32,000 nt of DNA from Corynebacterium glutamicum ATCC 13032 (GTDB lineage Bacteria; Actinomycetota; Actinomycetes; Mycobacteriales; Mycobacteriaceae), in the NCBI RefSeq assembly GCF_000011325.1, contig NC_003450.3, positions 510,001 to 542,000 of the forward strand, in the 5' to 3' direction. The position numbers and the translations under genes were made by a program. Each line of letters opens with the position of its first letter. The stretch's first letter is position 1. Positions 28,715-32,000 of the stretch are shown one piece after another. The notes under the pieces were generated by a model that was given only the letters and a program-made list of their open reading frames with translations, made no database searches and had not been told where the DNA came from.

Positions 28715-29413
28715 CTACAGCAGATATAGACGCATGTGAGTATCGATGTGTTCTGGGAGATCGCCGCGTCCTGAAAGAACGCCGTTGTCAACGAAGAAGT
28801 TAAAGGTGAAATAGTCCGTAACACCTTCGGCAGTAGATCGGCCGGCATGTCCGTAAACAACTTGGATTTCTGAATCTGACACTCTGGTGACGGATTCCAC
28901 GGTCTTCATTTCAAAAGGAGCAGGACGAGCAACCATATGGCCGTCGATAAACAGCACCACCACGTCGGCGATCGCAGCACCCGTTCCAGTAGAACGTTCG
29001 GCGTCTCCATTGGAACCGTTGAGAACCACATAGCTGAGCTTGGAACAGGAATCGTAGCCGTTGTCGCCCATTTGGAAGTGATAGAACCAGTCAGGAACCT
29101 GCACGACGGAATCTGCAGATCCAGCTAGCTCACCAACCGGGGTGCGAGATTGTGCAAGATATGGCCCAAAATCCGAGGTACGGGGATCCAAATTGCATTG
29201 CACTGGTGCAGTAGTGGAGGCTTCTGTAGCACTTTGCACAGTCGTTCTAGTGGTGGGTTCTGCTGCGGCGGTGGAAGTGAGTGTGGCAGTTACCGTGGTG
29301 ACATTCTCCGTGGATGTATCAGTGGAGCGCTCATCAAGGGAAACACACCCGCTTAGCACGGCTGTGAGTAGTACTGTGCTGCTTCCGAGGGCGAGATTCT
29401 TGCGTAGGGACAT
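28715..29413 (-). CDS. Secreted lipoprotein, LppP/LprE-like
   Basis: Signal peptide with lipobox (LLTAVLSG-C). It is followed by a Thr/Ala/Ser-rich linker and then a Cys-containing domain (YDSCSKLSYVVLNGSNG...VVLFIDGHMV...VVYGH...) resembling the actinobacterial LppP/LprE family. AGGAGG lies 8 nt upstream of the ATG. Family call is from memory. Confidence 0.8.
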   Translation of the reverse strand: MSLRKNLALGSSTVLLTAVLSGCVSLDERSTDTSTENVTTVTATLTSTAAAEPTTRTTVQSATEASTTAPVQCNLDPRTSDFGPYLAQSRTPVGELAGSADSVVQVPDWFYHFQMGDNGYDSCSKLSYVVLNGSNGDAERSTGTGAAIADVVVLFIDGHMVARPAPFEMKTVESVTRVSDSEIQVVYGHAGRSTAEGVTDYFTFNFFVDNGVLSGRGDLPEHIDTHMRLYLL

Positions 29414-29740
29414 GCCATGTACCTCCTAAACTAGGCGACTACTTATGCTGGGAAAACAAGCTGATTAATATATCGCGAATCACACCGATATTGTTCCTTA
29501 TTAACGCGCAACACGGATTTGAATTCGGGGGTAGGGGTGTGGTTAGATATACAGGTTGTCTGTGTAGGTCGGACTCGCGGTGCTTTTCCGAGTCGCGTTT
29601 CCGAGACCCCTCGACGAGGCCGTAAAACGCCAAGCGTTCGTTGCCCACATTCGTGGAGTATGTAGACATCTGTAGTACAAAGACCACGCGTGTTTGGGAC
29701 GGAAATCCAGCACGCATTAATCCAGGTCAGGAGACCAGTA

Positions 29741-30109
29741 GTGATTCAGCAGGAATCGCGTCTGAAGGTCGCCGACAACACTGGTGCACGTGAAATTCTG
29801 TGCATCCGCGTTCTCGGTGGATCCACCCGACGTTTTGCTGGCATTGGTGACGTCATCGTCGCCACTGTCAAGGAAGCAACCCCAGGCGGCAACGTAAAGT
29901 CTGGCGAAATCGTCAAGGCTGTTATCGTTCGCACCAAGAAGGAGACCCGTCGTGCAGACGGTTCTTACATCTCCTTCGATGAGAACGCTGCCGTCATCAT
30001 CAAGAACGACAACGAGCCACGTGGCACCCGTATCTTCGGACCAGTTGCTCGTGAACTTCGTGAGAAGAAGTTCATGAAGATCGTTTCTCTCGCACCGGAG
30101 GTGATTTAA
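29741..30109 (+). CDS. rplN: 50S ribosomal protein L14
   Basis: The ORF 29690-30109 is trimmed to GTG 29741 ([28 protein letters not shown]..., 122 aa). It is preceded by AGGAGA. Confidence 0.97.
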   Translation: MIQQESRLKVADNTGAREILCIRVLGGSTRRFAGIGDVIVATVKEATPGGNVKSGEIVKAVIVRTKKETRRADGSYISFDENAAVIIKNDNEPRGTRIFGPVARELREKKFMKIVSLAPEVI

Positions 30110-30111
30110 GA

Positions 30112-30426
30112 ATGAAGGTCCACAAGGGCGATATGGTTCTGGTCATCTCAGGTCCAGACAAGGGTGCTAAGGGACAGGTCATCGCGGCTTTCCCTAAGAC
30201 CGAAAAGGTTCTCGTCGAAGGCGTTAACCGCATCAAGAAGCACGTAGCTAACTCCGCACCAGAGCGTGGCGCAGAGTCCGGCGGAATCGTGACCCAGGAA
30301 GCTCCGATCCATGTCTCTAACGTCATGGTCATCGACTCCGACGGAAACCCAACTCGCGTTGGCTACCGTTTCGATGAAAACGGCAAGAAGGTCCGCGTTT
30401 CTCGTCGCAATGGGAAGGATATCTAA
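30112..30426 (+). CDS. rplX: 50S ribosomal protein L24
   Basis: 104 aa, [23 protein letters not shown]... is canonical L24. Confidence 0.97.
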   Translation: MKVHKGDMVLVISGPDKGAKGQVIAAFPKTEKVLVEGVNRIKKHVANSAPERGAESGGIVTQEAPIHVSNVMVIDSDGNPTRVGYRFDENGKKVRVSRRNGKDI

Positions 30427-31001
30427 TGACTGAGAATTACATCCCTCGTCTGAAGACCCGTTACCAGGACGAAATCCGCACCAAGCTTCAGGGCGAGTTC
30501 GAGTTCGAAAACGTCATGCAGATCCCAGGCGTCACCAAGATTGTCGTCAACATGGGTGTCGGCGACGCAGCTCGTGACTCCAAGCTCATCAACGGCGCTA
30601 TCGAGGACCTCACCGCAATCACCGGTCAGAAGCCACAGCTTCGCCGTGCGAAGAAGTCCATCGCTAACTTCAAGCTCCGTGAAGGCATGCCAATCGGCGC
30701 AAAGGTTACCCTGCGCGGCGACCGCATGTGGGAGTTCCTGGACCGTCTGCTGACCGTGGCACTGCCACGTATCCGCGACTTCCGTGGACTTTCCGACCAG
30801 CAGTTCGACGGCCACGGTAACTACACCTTCGGCCTCACCGAGCAGACCATGTTCTACGAAATCGACGTCGACAAGATCGACCGTCCTCGTGGTATGGACA
30901 TCACCGTTGTTACCACCGCTGTAACCGACGATGAAGGTCGCTCCCTGCTCCGCGAGCTCGGCTTCCCATTCAAGGGTGAAGACGGCAACCGCCAGCAGTA
31001 A
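30426..31001 (+). CDS. rplE: 50S ribosomal protein L5
   Basis: 191 aa, canonical L5 (...[11 protein letters not shown]...[20 protein letters not shown]...). TAATG overlap with rplX. Confidence 0.98.
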   Translation: MTENYIPRLKTRYQDEIRTKLQGEFEFENVMQIPGVTKIVVNMGVGDAARDSKLINGAIEDLTAITGQKPQLRRAKKSIANFKLREGMPIGAKVTLRGDRMWEFLDRLLTVALPRIRDFRGLSDQQFDGHGNYTFGLTEQTMFYEIDVDKIDRPRGMDITVVTTAVTDDEGRSLLRELGFPFKGEDGNRQQ

Positions 31002-31012
31002 ACTGCATAGTT

Positions 31013-31046
31013 AAAAGCACTTACCTTAACTGGTAGGTGCTTTTTT
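31013..31046 (+). terminator. Intrinsic terminator after rplE
   Basis: GCACTTACC (31017-31025) pairs with GGTAGGTGC (31032-31040) with one G-U pair and loop TTAACT. It is flanked by AAAA upstream and TTTTTT (31041-31046) downstream. Confidence 0.85.
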
Positions 31047-31107
31047 CATGTCTACGCAGTGGGTAACTTTCAGAGGAAAATTACCCAACCAAAACAAAGG
31101 AACTTTC

Positions 31108-32000
31108 ATGAACGTGCAACGCAAACTGCTGGCGATCGTAGGGGCTTTCATGGCAGGGTCTTTAGCCTTGGGAACACCAACTGCACAGGCCCAAAGCATT
31201 GGCAGCAGTGCCTCACAGAGAACTGAAGTCTTACGTGGGCTGACCTCATCTGCCGGAATACCAGATGCCACAGCGCCGGAAGGCGGGGCAAAAGTCGTGG
31301 TCTTTGGAGATTCACATGCATCAGGAACCAATGCACCATTTGATGTGGATGAACGCGGCTGCCTCAAGGGGAACCAATCGTGGCCTGATCAATTGCAAGC
31401 ACAACAAGGATTGCAGCAGGGGGAGCTCATTGACCTTTCCTGCAACGGCGCCTCCATCAACTCGACGGGTTTCCACTTTTCCGATGAAGTTCGGCATGCA
31501 GAAGCACTAGGGGCCATTGGACCAAATACCGAGAACATCTTCATCCAATTTGGCAAGAATGATCAGTGGGGACACTCACCAATCAATTTGCGCTATTCCG
31601 TGATCAACTGCCTTTTTGATGCGGCCAACGGATGCGGTGAGAAAGCTGTAGCGGCTGGAACCATGCAGGATCCCTCCTCGGTCACCGGCGAAAACTATGC
31701 TCAGCGGATGAAACCTGTCATCGACTACCTCAAGTACTACGCTCCAAATGCGCAGATCACGTTGCTGGGATACCAGGAATACACCCCACGAAGCGGAAGC
31801 GAGATTTGTGTCCGCGTGGGAGGTACGGAACTAAGGAAACCAGACGCCACCAACCTGGTGTCCTATATGAACAATCTTGAGTCGGCCATTTTTGAAGCCT
31901 CTGAGATTCTTGACGTCCAGCATGCCAATCTCCGTGAGGCCACTGCAGGACACAGCAGCTGCTCAGCTGAACCGTGGGTCAACGGAGTGCTGGATATGCG
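31108..32000 (+). CDS. Secreted SGNH/GDSL-family hydrolase, 3' end beyond window
   Basis: Not on the ORF track because it has no stop in the window. I read frame 1 from ATG 31108 to 32000 without a stop. Signal peptide MNVQRKLLAIVGAFMAGSLALGTPTAQA/QS, block I VVVFGDSHASG, and block III-like FGKNDQW. AAAGGA SD lies 7 nt upstream. Confidence 0.8.
   Translation, partial: MNVQRKLLAIVGAFMAGSLALGTPTAQAQSIGSSASQRTEVLRGLTSSAGIPDATAPEGGAKVVVFGDSHASGTNAPFDVDERGCLKGNQSWPDQLQAQQGLQQGELIDLSCNGASINSTGFHFSDEVRHAEALGAIGPNTENIFIQFGKNDQWGHSPINLRYSVINCLFDAANGCGEKAVAAGTMQDPSSVTGENYAQRMKPVIDYLKYYAPNAQITLLGYQEYTPRSGSEICVRVGGTELRKPDATNLVSYMNNLESAIFEASEILDVQHANLREATAGHSSCSAEPWVNGVLDM

Noticed and set aside
31026-31367. 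113-aa minus-strand ORF after rplE
   Set aside because: It overlaps the rplE terminator and the 5' part of the + strand SGNH hydrolase gene. That gene has an SD, a signal peptide and a catalytic motif.
1-32000. Window-wide look for CRISPR arrays, tRNA/rRNA genes, IS elements/integrases, prophage genes and known defence or toxin-antitoxin modules
   Set aside because: No regularly spaced 25-40 bp direct repeats with unique spacers. No cloverleaf-like or rRNA-like segments that I could recognise. No transposase, recombinase or nuclease-type ORFs. The only repeats are the non-coding families reported above.

Overview
This is best read as a Corynebacterium glutamicum-type chromosome segment. The basis is gene order, protein sequences, and the fusA-tuf spacer, which I recognise from memory as the widely used Ptuf fragment. 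The window holds the core transcription/translation super-cluster, all on the + strand: rplJ (5' partial)-rplL, a DUF3068-like membrane protein, rpoB-rpoC, rpsL-rpsG-fusA, tuf, the S10 operon (rpsJ-rplC-rplD-rplW-rplB-rpsS-rplV-rpsC-rplP-rpmC-rpsQ) and rplN-rplX-rplE. It ends in a secreted SGNH hydrolase gene that runs off the window and is absent from the supplied ORF track. Three small accessory islets interrupt the cluster. (i) 10.6-12.4 kb: a 60-aa membrane peptide plus an MmyB-like HTH regulator, convergent with a DUF1707/LiaF-like protein. (ii) 17.6-22.6 kb: a 243-aa orphan protein, a minus-strand siderophore-type ABC importer (two permeases plus ATPase, no binding protein) with a DtxR-like box, and a CoA-transferase C-terminal remnant. 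(iii) 28.3-29.4 kb: two minus-strand envelope genes between rpsQ and rplN. I found no CRISPR array, tRNA/rRNA gene, transposase/integrase, or recognisable defence, toxin-antitoxin or secretion system, so I cannot honestly claim a new multi-gene system here. The most unusual signal is non-coding. A ~0.33-0.37 kb structured repeat sits directly behind the rplL and tuf terminators, and a third half-copy is fused to the CoA-transferase remnant. Its core is a phased (14-15 bp) array of GACTTC units followed by the complementary GAAGTC units. Other second-look items are a telomere-like G-tract (G-quadruplex candidate) after rplL, a hairpin shared by the fusA and remnant-gene 3' ends, long structured spacers (rpsG-fusA, upstream of rpsJ, upstream of rpoB), and candidate operator repeats at the regulator islet. 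Many long ORFs on the track are antisense or alternative-frame shadows of codon-biased genes and were rejected.
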